Both the position numbers and the translations under genes were made by a program. DNA of 51,733 nt from Heliobacteriaceae bacterium (GTDB taxonomy: Bacteria; Cyanobacteriota; Vampirovibrionia; Gastranaerophilales; Gastranaerophilaceae): the NCBI GenBank assembly GCA_031265495.1, contig JAISCP010000083.1:1-51733 (forward strand), given 5' to 3'. Shown here piece after piece: positions 8,771-20,597 of this stretch; within the stretch, counting starts at the first letter, position 1; each line of letters starts with the position of its first letter. Under the pieces are notes generated by a model, which saw only the letters and a list, made by a program, of their open reading frames with translations, was not told where the DNA came from and did no database searches.

Positions 8771-9787
8771 GTTTTTTGGGTCTAACACATCTCTAATAGT
8801 ATCACCAATTAAGTTAAAAGACAAAACAGCAATAAAAATTAAAAATCCCGGAGTAAGCAGCCAAGGCCGGTAGATAATATTAGTATACTCCTGAGCTTCT
8901 TTGAGCATATTGCCCCAGCTTGCGTCCGGCTGCTGAATTCCCAGCCCCAGAAAACTTAACCCCGATTCGGACAAAATATAAGAGGGTACCGAAAGCGTCA
9001 TTGCCACAATTACAAAACTGGTCGTCTGCGGCAGAATATGTTTTGTAATAATTCTCAGACGGCTTGCGCCGATTGATTTTGCCGCCTGAACAAACTCCTG
9101 ATTTTTAACGGAAAGAACCATTCCCCGCACAACCCGCGCAAACCCTGCCCAGCCAATCAACGCAAGGATTATGACAATAAGCATAAACCTCTGGACGCTT
9201 GTCATGCCTGCCGGTAAAATCGATGCCAGAATTATCAGCAGATAGAAGCTCGGAACAGACATAACCGCTTCGGCAAATCTCATCATTACAATATCGGTTT
9301 TCCCGCCCAAGTAGCCCGAAATACCGCCGTACAAAAGCCCTATCGGAAACAGTACAAGCAAGGCAAGAAATCCTATTGTCATAGAAATTCTGCCGCCAAA
9401 AAGCAGTCTGGAAAACACATCGCGCCCGTTTATATCAGAACCCAGCAGGAACAATCTGCCGCCGTTTTCTACCGAAACCAAATGACCGTGTGAAAAGAAT
9501 TTTAAATAAAACTTTTTACTTCTGTCGGGCCTGCAGGTTATGCGCAGATTTTCAGCGTCAAACTCTCTTATATAATTATAAGTGTAAGGCATTGATAAAC
9601 GGCCGTTTTCATCAATCGTATATATTTTGGACGGCGGTACATAAGACATGGTTCTGTCGGAAAAGTCCTTTGAATACGGAGCCAAAAAATCCGCAAACAA
9701 CAGCGCCGCATATATTACACCGAGAACTATCAGCGCAATTTTTGCAAATTTATCTTTTATTAATTGAATATAAATTTCTTTAAACAT
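8762..9787 (-). CDS. Peptide/nickel ABC transporter permease (OppC/DppC-like)
   Basis: Multi-TM protein with the EAA-type loop AAKSIGASRLRIITKHILPQ typical of OppC. Confidence 0.85.
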   Translation of the reverse strand: MFKEIYIQLIKDKFAKIALIVLGVIYAALLFADFLAPYSKDFSDRTMSYVPPSKIYTIDENGRLSMPYTYNYIREFDAENLRITCRPDRSKKFYLKFFSHGHLVSVENGGRLFLLGSDINGRDVFSRLLFGGRISMTIGFLALLVLFPIGLLYGGISGYLGGKTDIVMMRFAEAVMSVPSFYLLIILASILPAGMTSVQRFMLIVIILALIGWAGFARVVRGMVLSVKNQEFVQAAKSIGASRLRIITKHILPQTTSFVIVAMTLSVPSYILSESGLSFLGLGIQQPDASWGNMLKEAQEYTNIIYRPWLLTPGFLIFIAVLSFNLIGDTIRDVLDPKNRD

Positions 9788-9820
9788 AATAAACAGACTA
9801 AATTATTAATTACTGTTAAC

Positions 9821-9919
9821 TCGTCATTGCGAGGAGGGTGTCAGCCCGATGCAGCAATCCGATAGAATGACATTTTCGACCGGATTTTCCGGATTGCTTC
9901 GCTGCGCTCGCAATGACGA
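9821..9919. repeat. Family-A related element inside the oppB-oppC spacer
   Basis: TCGTCATTGCGAGGAGGG...GCAGCAATCCG...CGGATTGCTTCGC...CGCAATGACGAA. Confidence 0.8.
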
Positions 9920-9945
9920 ATCGTTTATTAACAGTATTTAGTCCT

Positions 9946-10920
9946 TTATACCTCCTTCCTTCTAATTCTGGGGTCAGTTATAATCAGCAGAATATCCGCA
10001 ATCAGGTTGCCCAGTATAAGCATTACCGCCCCAATCATCAGTGAAGCCATAACGAGGTTTATATCCGAACGCAAAACCGCTTCAAGGATTAAGCGCCCCA
10101 AACCCGGATATTGGAATACATACTCCGTCAACGCCGCCCCGCTCAAAAGACTTGCAAACTCAAACCCTAAAAGCGTTATCATCGGATTAACCGCGTTGCG
10201 CAGCGCATGTTTGTATATAACTTTAAATTCGCTTAAACCCTTTGCCCGTGCGAATTTCACATAATCGCTGTCGAGCACGTCCAGTAAATTCCCCCGCATC
10301 TGCCGCTGAAGTCCGGCAAGCGAAATTGTGAAAAGAACCGCTACCGGCAAGATTAAGTGGTGAGTAACATCCCATATTTTCTGCGCAAAGCTCATTTCCA
10401 AAAAGTCAGAGCTTGTTAAGCCTCCGACCGGAAACCAGCCTGTTTTTACGGCAAAAATCAACAGCAGCACCGCAAAAAAGAACGACGGAATCGCCATTCC
10501 GATACTGGTTAAAACCGTTAAAATCCTGTCCCGTTTGGATTTCCAGTGAACCGCAGCAAAAATCCCCAGCGGAACACCCGTAACCCATGTCAAAAAGATT
10601 ACCACAACAGTCAAAAGCAGTGTGTTTGGAATTCGCTCCTTTAATTTCGCGCTGACCTGCTCACCGTTTGAGGTTACGCCCAAATCGCCCCTGACAAAAG
10701 ACTTTGCCCATTTCGCATACTGCACAATAATCGGTTTATCCAAACCCAGCCGTTCGGTTTCCCTTTGCAGAGTTTCTTTTGACACAGACGGATTTAACTT
10801 CAATTCCGCAAGCGGGTCAACAGGCGACAGACGAATTATGAAAAAACTTATTAACGACACTATAATAAGCAGAGGGATTGTTTGGAGTATACGCTTGAAA
10901 ATATATAGTAAAATTTGCAT
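9946..10920 (-). CDS. Peptide/nickel ABC transporter permease (OppB/DppB-like)
   Basis: Multi-TM protein with YVKFARAKGLSEFKVIYKHALRNA (EAA loop). Its start overlaps the stop of the upstream binding-protein gene (TAATG). Confidence 0.85.
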   Translation of the reverse strand: MQILLYIFKRILQTIPLLIIVSLISFFIIRLSPVDPLAELKLNPSVSKETLQRETERLGLDKPIIVQYAKWAKSFVRGDLGVTSNGEQVSAKLKERIPNTLLLTVVVIFLTWVTGVPLGIFAAVHWKSKRDRILTVLTSIGMAIPSFFFAVLLLIFAVKTGWFPVGGLTSSDFLEMSFAQKIWDVTHHLILPVAVLFTISLAGLQRQMRGNLLDVLDSDYVKFARAKGLSEFKVIYKHALRNAVNPMITLLGFEFASLLSGAALTEYVFQYPGLGRLILEAVLRSDINLVMASLMIGAVMLILGNLIADILLIITDPRIRRKEV

Positions 10921-12752
10921 TATTTACCATCCTCCGCATAAATTTCCTCAACATTATGCGTAAGCCCTCCCAGCGAAGACGGAAAAACATTCTTAAATTT
11001 CTTGCGCATAGCGGCAATTCTTATTGGAGAATATATATAAATAAAAGGTTTTTCATCATAAACTATTTTTTGATATTCATCATAATACTTTTTTCTGTCC
11101 TCAAATTTAACCGCAAGCGCACCCTGTTTAAACAATTCATCAATGCGTGCCTCATAAGGCAGACGCTTGCTTCGGCGGTCTTTTTCAAGGCGTTGGTTGA
11201 ACACATGCAAAGTTCCGTCTGAAAGCCAGACGTTCTTACCGCCGTTGGGTTCCAGCGGCGAGCCGGTCAAGCCCATAATAACCATATCCCAGTCGAGCGT
11301 ACTCACGAGTTTATTAACAAGCGAGTTGAATTCAATCGGCTTGAAATTAACTTTCATGCCCAAGTCTTCCAAATCCTGCTTCACCATAACCCCGATTGCC
11401 TCGCGCTCGGTGTTTCCCGCATTTGTGTAAAGGTCGAATTCCACACGGTTACCGTATTTATCAGTCAAACGTCCCTTCCCGTCCTGATAAAACCCGGATT
11501 TTTTGAGTAACTCACGTGATTTATCAAGATTTCTGCCGTAAGGTTTTAAAGTCTTATTCAAAAAAACGGAATTCAGGCTTTCCGGTGTAAAAAGCGGCGC
11601 AGCAAGCCCGTTTGCAATATTAAGAACCATGTTTTTCCGGTCCAGCGCAAAATCCACTGCCTGACGGAAATTCTTATCTCTGAACCACTTTTGTTTTTTG
11701 GAGTTAACATAGAATTCACCTTTTTCATTGCGCCGGTTGTTCTGGTTTATACCCATATACATTGTTCCCGTGTCAGGCCCGAGATTATACATGGCAAAAT
11801 CCGAATATCTTTCCCGCGCCTTAAAACGCGCCGCATTCGCACCGTGAAGGTTAATCAGGTCAATCTCCCCGCCCTCAAATTTCAAAACCTCATTGTTTAA
11901 GTCGCCGACAATCAGATAAATTACTTTGTCAAGGTAGGGAAGTTTTCGGTTTTCCGTATTAATAATATAGTAATCAGGATTGCGCTCATACACAACGCGC
12001 TGGGCAGGAACGTATTCAACCATTCTGAAAGGCCCTGAAGTTACAAAATTTTTGGGATTGGCGTTTGTTGAAAAGAATGTTTCGAAATAAGCCTTACCTT
12101 TTTTGACGGCAGGCTCAAAAACGTGTTTCGGCGCAATCGGGCCTGCCAGAAGCCTTAAAAACGGCGCAAACGGCTGCGGGGTCGTAAAGATTACCGTATA
12201 ATCGTCTGCTTTTCTGACCGTCGGGAGCTTTCCGTCAATAACAACCGAATCGCGCGCCGAAGTGTTGCCAAAACCGTCAAAAATAATGTTCCGCCACGTA
12301 AACACCACGTCATCTGCGGTTATTGGTTTGCCGTCCGACCATTTTATCCCGCGCCGCAAGTGCATAATATAATCGTTTCCTTTGATTTCGTAAGATTTTG
12401 CAAGCTTTGGAACAGTTTCGCCCGTCTGCGGGTCGGTCGTTACGAGTCCGTCATACATAAGCTCGGACAGCGCTGCGGAAGTGGCGTCCTTTGTGTTAAA
12501 CGGGTTGAATGTCTTGGGGCCTTCGCCGATTGTGGACATGACCAGCGCACCGCCGAATTTCCCGGCCGGCGCCTGAGACTGAAGATAATCAACGCCTTTA
12601 AGCGTAACCGTTTTTGCACGCGGCGGAAAAACAACCTGCTGAGGCGCCGCAAACGCAGTTTGCGGCGCCTCAGATTCAGCCACCGGCAAATCACGGTTAA
12701 CACACAACAGCAGCAGCAACAATACAACTAAGATATAACCTATCCGCTTCAT
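10920..12752 (-). CDS. ABC transporter substrate-binding protein, family 5 (OppA-like)
   Basis: Leu-rich N-terminal signal peptide and a 610-aa SBP_bac_5-like sequence (FNPF..., YERNPDYY). Confidence 0.85.
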   Translation of the reverse strand: MKRIGYILVVLLLLLLCVNRDLPVAESEAPQTAFAAPQQVVFPPRAKTVTLKGVDYLQSQAPAGKFGGALVMSTIGEGPKTFNPFNTKDATSAALSELMYDGLVTTDPQTGETVPKLAKSYEIKGNDYIMHLRRGIKWSDGKPITADDVVFTWRNIIFDGFGNTSARDSVVIDGKLPTVRKADDYTVIFTTPQPFAPFLRLLAGPIAPKHVFEPAVKKGKAYFETFFSTNANPKNFVTSGPFRMVEYVPAQRVVYERNPDYYIINTENRKLPYLDKVIYLIVGDLNNEVLKFEGGEIDLINLHGANAARFKARERYSDFAMYNLGPDTGTMYMGINQNNRRNEKGEFYVNSKKQKWFRDKNFRQAVDFALDRKNMVLNIANGLAAPLFTPESLNSVFLNKTLKPYGRNLDKSRELLKKSGFYQDGKGRLTDKYGNRVEFDLYTNAGNTEREAIGVMVKQDLEDLGMKVNFKPIEFNSLVNKLVSTLDWDMVIMGLTGSPLEPNGGKNVWLSDGTLHVFNQRLEKDRRSKRLPYEARIDELFKQGALAVKFEDRKKYYDEYQKIVYDEKPFIYIYSPIRIAAMRKKFKNVFPSSLGGLTHNVEEIYAEDGK

Positions 12753-12924
12753 ATTCCAAGTTTAACATGAAAAGAGATTTTGTTTATAGCAGGTCGGGTA
12801 CATCATGTAAATAACTGTTAAGCGGGGACTAAGAGGTATGGAGAGCTGGAGGTATAGCTAAATTAGTAAATAGTAAACAGGAAAGAGGGAACAGCAAAGA
12901 ATTGCCACAGCCCACCTTAACCTC

Positions 12925-13082
12925 CCTGTCATCCTGAACTTGTTTCAGGATCTGGCACTTGGCAAATCGCACTATCTGCTTAATTTTATTGCAGCATCTG
13001 TCAGTATGTACGAGGAAGAAAACTTTACAGAGATTGTATATTTTTATCGATGGCCAGATCCTGAAACAAGTTCAGGATGACG
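12925..13082. mobile_element. MITE-like element with ~30-bp terminal inverted repeats, copy 2
   Basis: Collinear with 7632-7791 across both termini and the interior (GCACTATCTGCT..ATTGCAGCATCTGTCA..AACTTTACAGA.ATTGTATATTT.TATCGATGG). Confidence 0.8.
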
Positions 13083-13180
13083 TGACGCTCAGCGTGATGT
13101 TTTTATATTGAACTCGGGTAGAACACAGTGCTTTGGGTACAGGCTCAGCCTGCCCCTCTCTCGTATGGAGAGGGCAATCT

Positions 13181-13216
13181 AACCATTCAACCTTTCAACT
13201 ATTCAACCCTTCAACT
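13181..13216. repeat. Octamer array (NNTTCAAC)x4, the inverted orientation of the GTTGAANN arrays
   Basis: 8-bp periodicity read directly: aaccattcaac ctttcaac tattcaac ccttcaac. Confidence 0.85.
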
Positions 13217-13340
13217 AATTTTATCACTTAATCACCTATTCGCTGCTTACTCAACAAAACATTAATTTTTCATTAAGGAACTTCAACATCCGCTCGGTTT
13301 GTTTTATAATTCTTTTAGAAATGAAAAAAGGAGGGATACC

Positions 13341-13625
13341 ATGATAAGACCATTAAGTGACAGAATCGTCATTAAAGTTATTGAAGACAACGAACAGACT
13401 CAAGGCGGAATTTTTATTCCCGACAGCGCAAAAGAAAAACCGCAAAAAGGTGAAGTTATCGCTGTGGGTTTGGGCAAATTCAACGAAAAAGGCGAAAGAG
13501 AACCTCTTGACGTAAAAGTCGGAGACATTGTACTTTACGCAAAATACGCAGGTACAGACGTCAAACTCGACAATGATTTGCTTAAAATATTGTCTGTGAA
13601 AGATGCACTGGGAATACTTGAGTGA
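13341..13625 (+). CDS. groES: Co-chaperonin GroES
   Basis: MIRPLSDRIVIKV...GGIFIPDSAKEKPQKGEVIAVG. AGGAGGG lies 7 nt upstream of the ATG at 13341; the track ORF starts earlier at 13299. Confidence 0.95.
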   Translation: MIRPLSDRIVIKVIEDNEQTQGGIFIPDSAKEKPQKGEVIAVGLGKFNEKGEREPLDVKVGDIVLYAKYAGTDVKLDNDLLKILSVKDALGILE

Positions 13626-13662
13626 TTTCAATCACCCAGCATAAAAAGCAGGCAGGTAAAAC

Positions 13663-13699
13663 AGTTGAAAGGTTGAAAAGTTGAATGGTTGAAAGGTTT
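13663..13699. repeat. Octamer array (GTTGAANN)x4 downstream of groES
   Basis: gttgaaag gttgaaaa gttgaatg gttgaaag. Inverted relative to 13181-13216. Confidence 0.85.
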
Positions 13700-13724
13700 A
13701 AAAACCGGCAAGTACGTTCAGCAA

Positions 13725-15615
<1,891 letters not shown>

Positions 15616-15633
15616 GGAACAATCAGGTAACGT

Positions 15634-15662
15634 AAAAAGCTCCCGTTAACGGGAGCTTTTTA
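15634..15662 (+). terminator. Rho-independent terminator after groEL
   Basis: GCTCCCG-ttaa-CGGGAGC followed by TTTTT. Confidence 0.85.
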
Positions 15663-15778
15663 TTACATGATTAAGCGTAAATAGGATTGTTAAAAACCAA
15701 CTATAACCATTCTTTTTTTTCTATACCTCTTAAGTTTAGTCACTCAGCCACATAAATGTTTATTGTATAATTCATACT

Positions 15779-16426
15779 ATGAAAGAATTTTTACTGTCCT
15801 TGCTGGATTGGATTTACAAGAAAAAATGCTACTTCTGCGGATGTTCGCATGAAAGCGTTAAGATGTGTTCCGGCTGTGCCGATACTCTGGAACATCTGCC
15901 TGTCAAAGTTAACCGTATAATTTCAGGCAGAAACGTCTACTGCTGCGGAGTCTATTCCAAAAATATCCAAAAGCTTATACGCGGATTAAAATATCACCGC
16001 CAGCCCGAACTCGCATACTATCTGGCAAAGTTCATGTACGAATACCACCGGAAAATTACCGAAAGCAGCAGTTTTGAAATAGTTCCGGTACCGCTTCACG
16101 CGAATCGGCTGAAAAAACGTAAATACAACCACATGAATCTCGTTGCGGAAGAATTATGCCGGCTTTCGGGCTGCATACTCAATACTGATTTGGTAAAACG
16201 GGTTAAAGATACCGCAGCGCAGTACAAACTTTCAAAGAAAGAACGCAAAAAAAATCTTGCCAACGCATTTGAGGTTGACAAATCAAAGTTCAACGGCGGA
16301 AAAATCCTGTTAATCGACGACATTTGCACAACAGGCGCTACTTTTGAAGAAATAATCGGGGAGTTTAAAAAACACAATATTAATGATATAGTTTGTCTGG
16401 CGGCAACAACACCGTTCGGAGAATAA
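15779..16426 (+). CDS. comF: ComF family protein (phosphoribosyltransferase-like)
   Basis: N-terminal Cys cluster CYFCGC...CSGC and a C-terminal PRTase motif ILLIDDICTTGATF. Confidence 0.8.
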   Translation: MKEFLLSLLDWIYKKKCYFCGCSHESVKMCSGCADTLEHLPVKVNRIISGRNVYCCGVYSKNIQKLIRGLKYHRQPELAYYLAKFMYEYHRKITESSSFEIVPVPLHANRLKKRKYNHMNLVAEELCRLSGCILNTDLVKRVKDTAAQYKLSKKERKKNLANAFEVDKSKFNGGKILLIDDICTTGATFEEIIGEFKKHNINDIVCLAATTPFGE

Positions 16427-16740
16427 TGATATTAAGCGCTTTTTCAAAATACCTGCAAAAACACGACAGTGAAATTATTGAAAACAAAACCAGCGCCGTA
16501 AAATTGCTTTGCGATTGGGTTCGGCTCGTTGTTCACAAAAACCCGAAACAGCATGTTGATAAGATTGTTCATGCAGAAATCATGCTTGCAGAAAATACCG
16601 GCGGTGATTTTCTGATTACGGGCAAGTCCGAAAGCGGCAGAGTTTTAGTTAAAGCTTTATACAACTTTGCAATGAGTTATGAAAATTATCTTATGAGCCG
16701 CTGGCTTGCTGATAAGAAAGCAGACGATTTCAACAGTTAG
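16426..16740 (+). CDS. Hypothetical protein (104 aa)
   Basis: Its ATG overlaps the comF stop (TAATG), suggesting translational coupling. No recognisable motif. Confidence 0.5.
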   Translation: MILSAFSKYLQKHDSEIIENKTSAVKLLCDWVRLVVHKNPKQHVDKIVHAEIMLAENTGGDFLITGKSESGRVLVKALYNFAMSYENYLMSRWLADKKADDFNS

Positions 16741-16916
16741 AAGAAATTGTTCGTTTCACTTTGTGTTTTACCCAAGATTTATTCAAGCCTCCGGCCCTCT
16801 CTACCCCGAAATTTGCTTTAGTAAAATTCGACCTGCCTGAAACAAGTTCAGCATGACAGGGTGATTATTACAGGTTTTTAACAATCCTATTTACTAATAA
16901 TCAATCGTGTAACTAA

Positions 16917-17372
16917 TCACTCAACAGGCGCACTGTCCAGAAGCCCGCGAATTCTTAAATACCTGTCCAGCTCAACTCTGAGCTTTCCTAAATCCATATA
17001 AAGCGCGTTGCTCAGCAAAACCCTGTTATCATACTTCGGGTCAATAATATACACAGTCGGAAAACCGTTTAAGGCATAGTCTTCCACAATTTTTTCATTC
17101 GCCTCGCTGTCCACATTGAGCATTACAAAGCTAAACTTATCTTTATATAATGAATGCAGCATTTTGTATTTTGGCATAAACTTGAGGCAATATCTGCACC
17201 AATCCGCATAAAACAAAGCTAAAACAGGTTTACCTGTTTTTTCCGCTTCTTCGTAGGTAATTCCGATACTATATTCGGATGGCTTTTGGGGCTCAAACAG
17301 CGTATTGGCATAAACGCAAACGCCGGCAAGAATGAGCAGTATTCCAACAACTATTACAATTTTTTTGTTCAT
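16917..17372 (-). CDS. Thioredoxin-fold protein with an N-terminal signal anchor
   Basis: WCRYC (CxxC) active-site motif after a hydrophobic N-terminus. Confidence 0.75.
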   Translation of the reverse strand: MNKKIVIVVGILLILAGVCVYANTLFEPQKPSEYSIGITYEEAEKTGKPVLALFYADWCRYCLKFMPKYKMLHSLYKDKFSFVMLNVDSEANEKIVEDYALNGFPTVYIIDPKYDNRVLLSNALYMDLGKLRVELDRYLRIRGLLDSAPVE

Positions 17373-17471
17373 AATTTATATTATACAGCAAAAATAATAT
17401 CCTGCTTTTTGGTAAATCTAATCGTAACAATTCGCAGACGGCAGGATGTTGAAATAATTTCAATAAAATTA

Positions 17472-18389
17472 CTAGCCTACCTTTAACTGAAAATTTTTCC
17501 TTCTGCATCGGTAGTTAAAAGTGTTTAATAAAACGAATTTATTTTCAGTTTTTAATTTTTCTATTATATCAATAGCCTTTTTCAAATAATTACAATTTGT
17601 CTTTGCATCTAAAAGTTTTTGTAATTCCTTTTCTGCACTGCTGACAGGGTTTTTATCATAAATCCATAATGCCCAGGCACATTTAGAATTCCAACCTTCC
17701 GGGCAAGGTATAATTTTGCCGTTAATTTGTTCACTGTAAGATGTAATCGCACTATGCGGCGATATTTTAGCTTTACGTTTTTCAGGATCGGGTACGTCTA
17801 AAGGATATGGCTGCATATAATAAGTGCTGCCTGCGTGTTCTCTAAAATTGCCGATAAAATCATTCATTATTACATAATTATTTATATATTTTTGCAATTT
17901 AGATTTGTATTTTTTCCGTTCTTGTGAGGTTAGAACATAGCCAAAGCCCGGGGCATTGAAAGTAATTGCATTGCACAACTCACCATCCCTAATCGCTCGG
18001 GCAGCAACTATTTGTGCATAAGCTCCCCCTAATGAATGACCCGTAACGTATATTTGGTGATTTGGAAATTTTTCTTTGACTTTAATATAAAATTCTTTAG
18101 CTTTTTTCGTAGAAGGCGGTATCTTCTTTGCTATAAAATGAGAATCAGTAATAATGTCTATTATATCATCTGTCCCTCTGTAAGCAATAATTATCTCATC
18201 GCCTTTCTTGAACGCTGCACAAGCAAAGTTAGCCGATTTAAAAACATTAATTTTTGACCTTTTTGAACTTTTAACACTACCATGAAATTCCATCGGCGAA
18301 ATAATTTGCCAATCATCAATAACATTCGGCATATTATCGTTGTAGACTTCTCTGCTTAAATCTTTGCAAATTTCAAAATTTCTTTCCAT
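17472..18389 (-). CDS. Class 3 lipase / alpha-beta hydrolase
   Basis: Nucleophile elbow VTGHSLGGAYAQ preceded by IIAYRGTDD. Start chosen at the ATG at 18389 (MERNFEI); the track ORF extends to 18530. AT-rich. Confidence 0.7.
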   Translation of the reverse strand: MERNFEICKDLSREVYNDNMPNVIDDWQIISPMEFHGSVKSSKRSKINVFKSANFACAAFKKGDEIIIAYRGTDDIIDIITDSHFIAKKIPPSTKKAKEFYIKVKEKFPNHQIYVTGHSLGGAYAQIVAARAIRDGELCNAITFNAPGFGYVLTSQERKKYKSKLQKYINNYVIMNDFIGNFREHAGSTYYMQPYPLDVPDPEKRKAKISPHSAITSYSEQINGKIIPCPEGWNSKCAWALWIYDKNPVSSAEKELQKLLDAKTNCNYLKKAIDIIEKLKTENKFVLLNTFNYRCRRKNFQLKVG

Positions 18390-18629
18390 TATTCTTACCC
18401 CCACCACCATCATCGCGGATATTCGCATGATAACGCACCGGAGCACCTTCTTAAAGTGTATTGTACACAATTCTTTACATGATTCTAATAAAATTTGCAA
18501 TGTCTCCCGGCGCATAATATGTGCCGGCACTTAATAAGATACAAACAAAACATTGCATGACCTAAAACAGATATTAGGTAAAAATGAAAGACTAGCAAAA
18601 ATTATTTTTACGGGTTTTAATAAATCATT

Positions 18630-19130
18630 ATGAGAATTAACAGTTTAACAATATTTCAAGGAACACTATCTACGACTAACAAAGATAGCCAATCAACTGT
18701 CTCAGGAAAAGTAGTGACTACACCTGAGCAAGATAAAAAGATTATAGAAGAATTCGAAAAACTTTATAAAGGTACAAAAACCAAATTAACTCGCGAAGAG
18801 GCTCTTCCTTTGTCTAGAGTTCTAGTTGCTGCATTAGATAATACACGCTATATTCCACAAAATTATCTTCCCACAGGTTCAAGTGAAAAACTTTCAGATG
18901 ATGACATTAAACCAAAAATTGAAAATTGTAGTTTTAGCCCCGGTTTTATCTCTCCGGAAGAAACTGCCTGCATCACCTTAAATAAAGATATTGATCACAT
19001 TTTCGAATATAAAGACTATTCAAAGTACTTTCATGTAGCAGGATATAACTTTGGTTTGGATAAGCATATTGAGTATGACGCACCAAGAATAGAATTTAGC
19101 CTGAACATTAAAAGTGATAGATTGCGGTAG
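18630..19130 (+). CDS. Hypothetical protein (166 aa)
   Basis: ORF only. N-terminus is MRINSLTIFQG (see the N-terminal motif finding). Confidence 0.45.
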   Translation: MRINSLTIFQGTLSTTNKDSQSTVSGKVVTTPEQDKKIIEEFEKLYKGTKTKLTREEALPLSRVLVAALDNTRYIPQNYLPTGSSEKLSDDDIKPKIENCSFSPGFISPEETACITLNKDIDHIFEYKDYSKYFHVAGYNFGLDKHIEYDAPRIEFSLNIKSDRLR

Positions 19131-19227
19131 GGCCTTGAGCCAACATTACTATTGAATCTTTGAAATACAATATATAAAGCAAAAAGACAGTATAATACGG
19201 CCTTTGTCTCAAAAACCGGAGTTTACG

Positions 19228-19506
19228 TTACAACATCCGAACTCTGAAAAGGACGGTGTTATAAGGTTTGACATCAAGAATAGACTTATACTTTACACTT
19301 TTAAAAGAGCAGCATAGCTTTTTGTCATACTCCAAAACAATTATAGCATAGAATTTTTTATTTCTTTCCTTTAACCATTCTTCAAATTCTTTTTAATTTT
19401 TTGGATCGTTGTAAAATTTTTCAATTAACGGCAAAAACCTTCTTGCTATTTCTATTTGTTCTTCTTTGGTAATTAAGCTTAAATCAATTATGCCTGTTTT
19501 CTTCAT
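19228..19506 (-). pseudogene. Small ORF coupled to fic (ATGA overlap) and interrupted by an in-frame TAA
   Basis: My translation is MKKTGIIDLSLITKEEQIEIARRFLPLIEKFYNDPKN, stop (19393-19395), then KEFEEWLKERNKKFYAIIVLEYDKK...FRVRML, stop at 19228-19230. Both parts are in the same frame. Confidence 0.4.
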
Positions 19507-20597
19507 ACTACTTGAATTAAATAATGTGTTGCTCTGGCTTCACCCTTTTTTGTTAAGATTCCTTTTGCCATTAAATCAGCAATGTCTCTTGCCGCCGTAT
19601 CCTGTGAACAATTACATATCTTAGACCATTTTACTGTTGTTAAGTTTCCCTCAAATCCGTCAAGAACCTTGTTCAAAATCTTAATTTGGCGTTCATTCAA
19701 CGAAGTTGATTGGTGTTTTTGCCAAAATTCCGCTTTTTGCATAATTGAAGTCAACAATTCTTGTGAATTTTCTATTGCCATAATCAAATTTTCTAAAAAC
19801 CAAACAAGCCAAAAGGTAATCTCTAATGACGATTTCTCAGTCATTTTCAAGATTTCATAGTAAGATTTTCTGACTTTTTTTATTTGCGATGACATTGAAT
19901 AGAATCTGTTTGAAGAACTTTCGCTTCGCGCAAGTAGCATATCTGTCAAAGCCCTTGCAATTCTACCATTGCCATCTTCAAATGGGTGAATAATTACAAA
20001 CCATAGGTGCGCAATGCCGGCTTTGATAATCAAATCGTCATTGCCTTTGTTGATGTAATCAATCAATTCAGACATCTGTGATTGCAAAAATTCAGCTTTT
20101 GGTGCTTCGTAATGAACTTTTTCTTTTCCGGCAGAGCCTGAAACAACTTGCATTCTGCCATTGGAATCATTTCTGTAACTTCCTGTTTTTATTTTATATA
20201 AACCGCTATAACCTCCCGGAAACATAGCCGCTTGCCAGCTGTACAAACGTTCATGGCTAATTGGTTGTGAGTAATTTTGAGATGCATCCAGCATCATATC
20301 GACGATTCCTTCAACATTTCTTTCAATGTTGATGCCTGCGCCAATATCTATTCCAAGGCGCTTGGCGATTGACGAACGGACTTGTTCAGAATTCAATATT
20401 TGCCCTTCAATTTCGTTTGATTTGATGACATCTTCGACTAAGACATTCAGTAAGGCTTTTTCCTTTACCTCAAAGCCCAACATATCCATCTTGCCTAACA
20501 AATAGCCTTGTTTTGCCTTAACTTGTGTCAAAAGATTTAAAATTTGTTCTTTATCCCAGGTAAATTTGGGAAAGTTTTTATTTTCGTAAATATACAT
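19503..20597 (-). CDS. Fic family protein (AMPylase-type), probably auto-inhibited class II
   Basis: Fic motif HPFEDGNGRIARAL. N-terminal SNEIEG fits the [ST]xxxE[GN] inhibitory motif. C-terminal winged-helix-like tail. Confidence 0.9.
   Translation of the reverse strand: MYIYENKNFPKFTWDKEQILNLLTQVKAKQGYLLGKMDMLGFEVKEKALLNVLVEDVIKSNEIEGQILNSEQVRSSIAKRLGIDIGAGINIERNVEGIVDMMLDASQNYSQPISHERLYSWQAAMFPGGYSGLYKIKTGSYRNDSNGRMQVVSGSAGKEKVHYEAPKAEFLQSQMSELIDYINKGNDDLIIKAGIAHLWFVIIHPFEDGNGRIARALTDMLLARSESSSNRFYSMSSQIKKVRKSYYEILKMTEKSSLEITFWLVWFLENLIMAIENSQELLTSIMQKAEFWQKHQSTSLNERQIKILNKVLDGFEGNLTTVKWSKICNCSQDTAARDIADLMAKGILTKKGEARATHYLIQVV

Noticed and set aside
12360-12731. Plus- and minus-strand ORFs with poly-Q or poly-C runs.
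   Set aside because: These are alternative-frame readings of the oppA-like gene; the runs come from the CAG/CAA-rich stretch encoding its Leu-rich signal peptide.
17434-17448. GCAGACGGCAGGATG as a possible distal att duplicate of the ssrA 3' end (GGAGACGGCGGGAGT).
   Set aside because: The match is only 11/15, with no flanking similarity. That is too weak to define an island boundary.
19393-19395. The in-frame TAA as a hint of stop-codon reassignment.
   Set aside because: TAA terminates many well-supported genes in this window, for example groEL, the OppA-like binding-protein gene and ftsZ. A nonsense mutation or pseudogene is the simpler reading.
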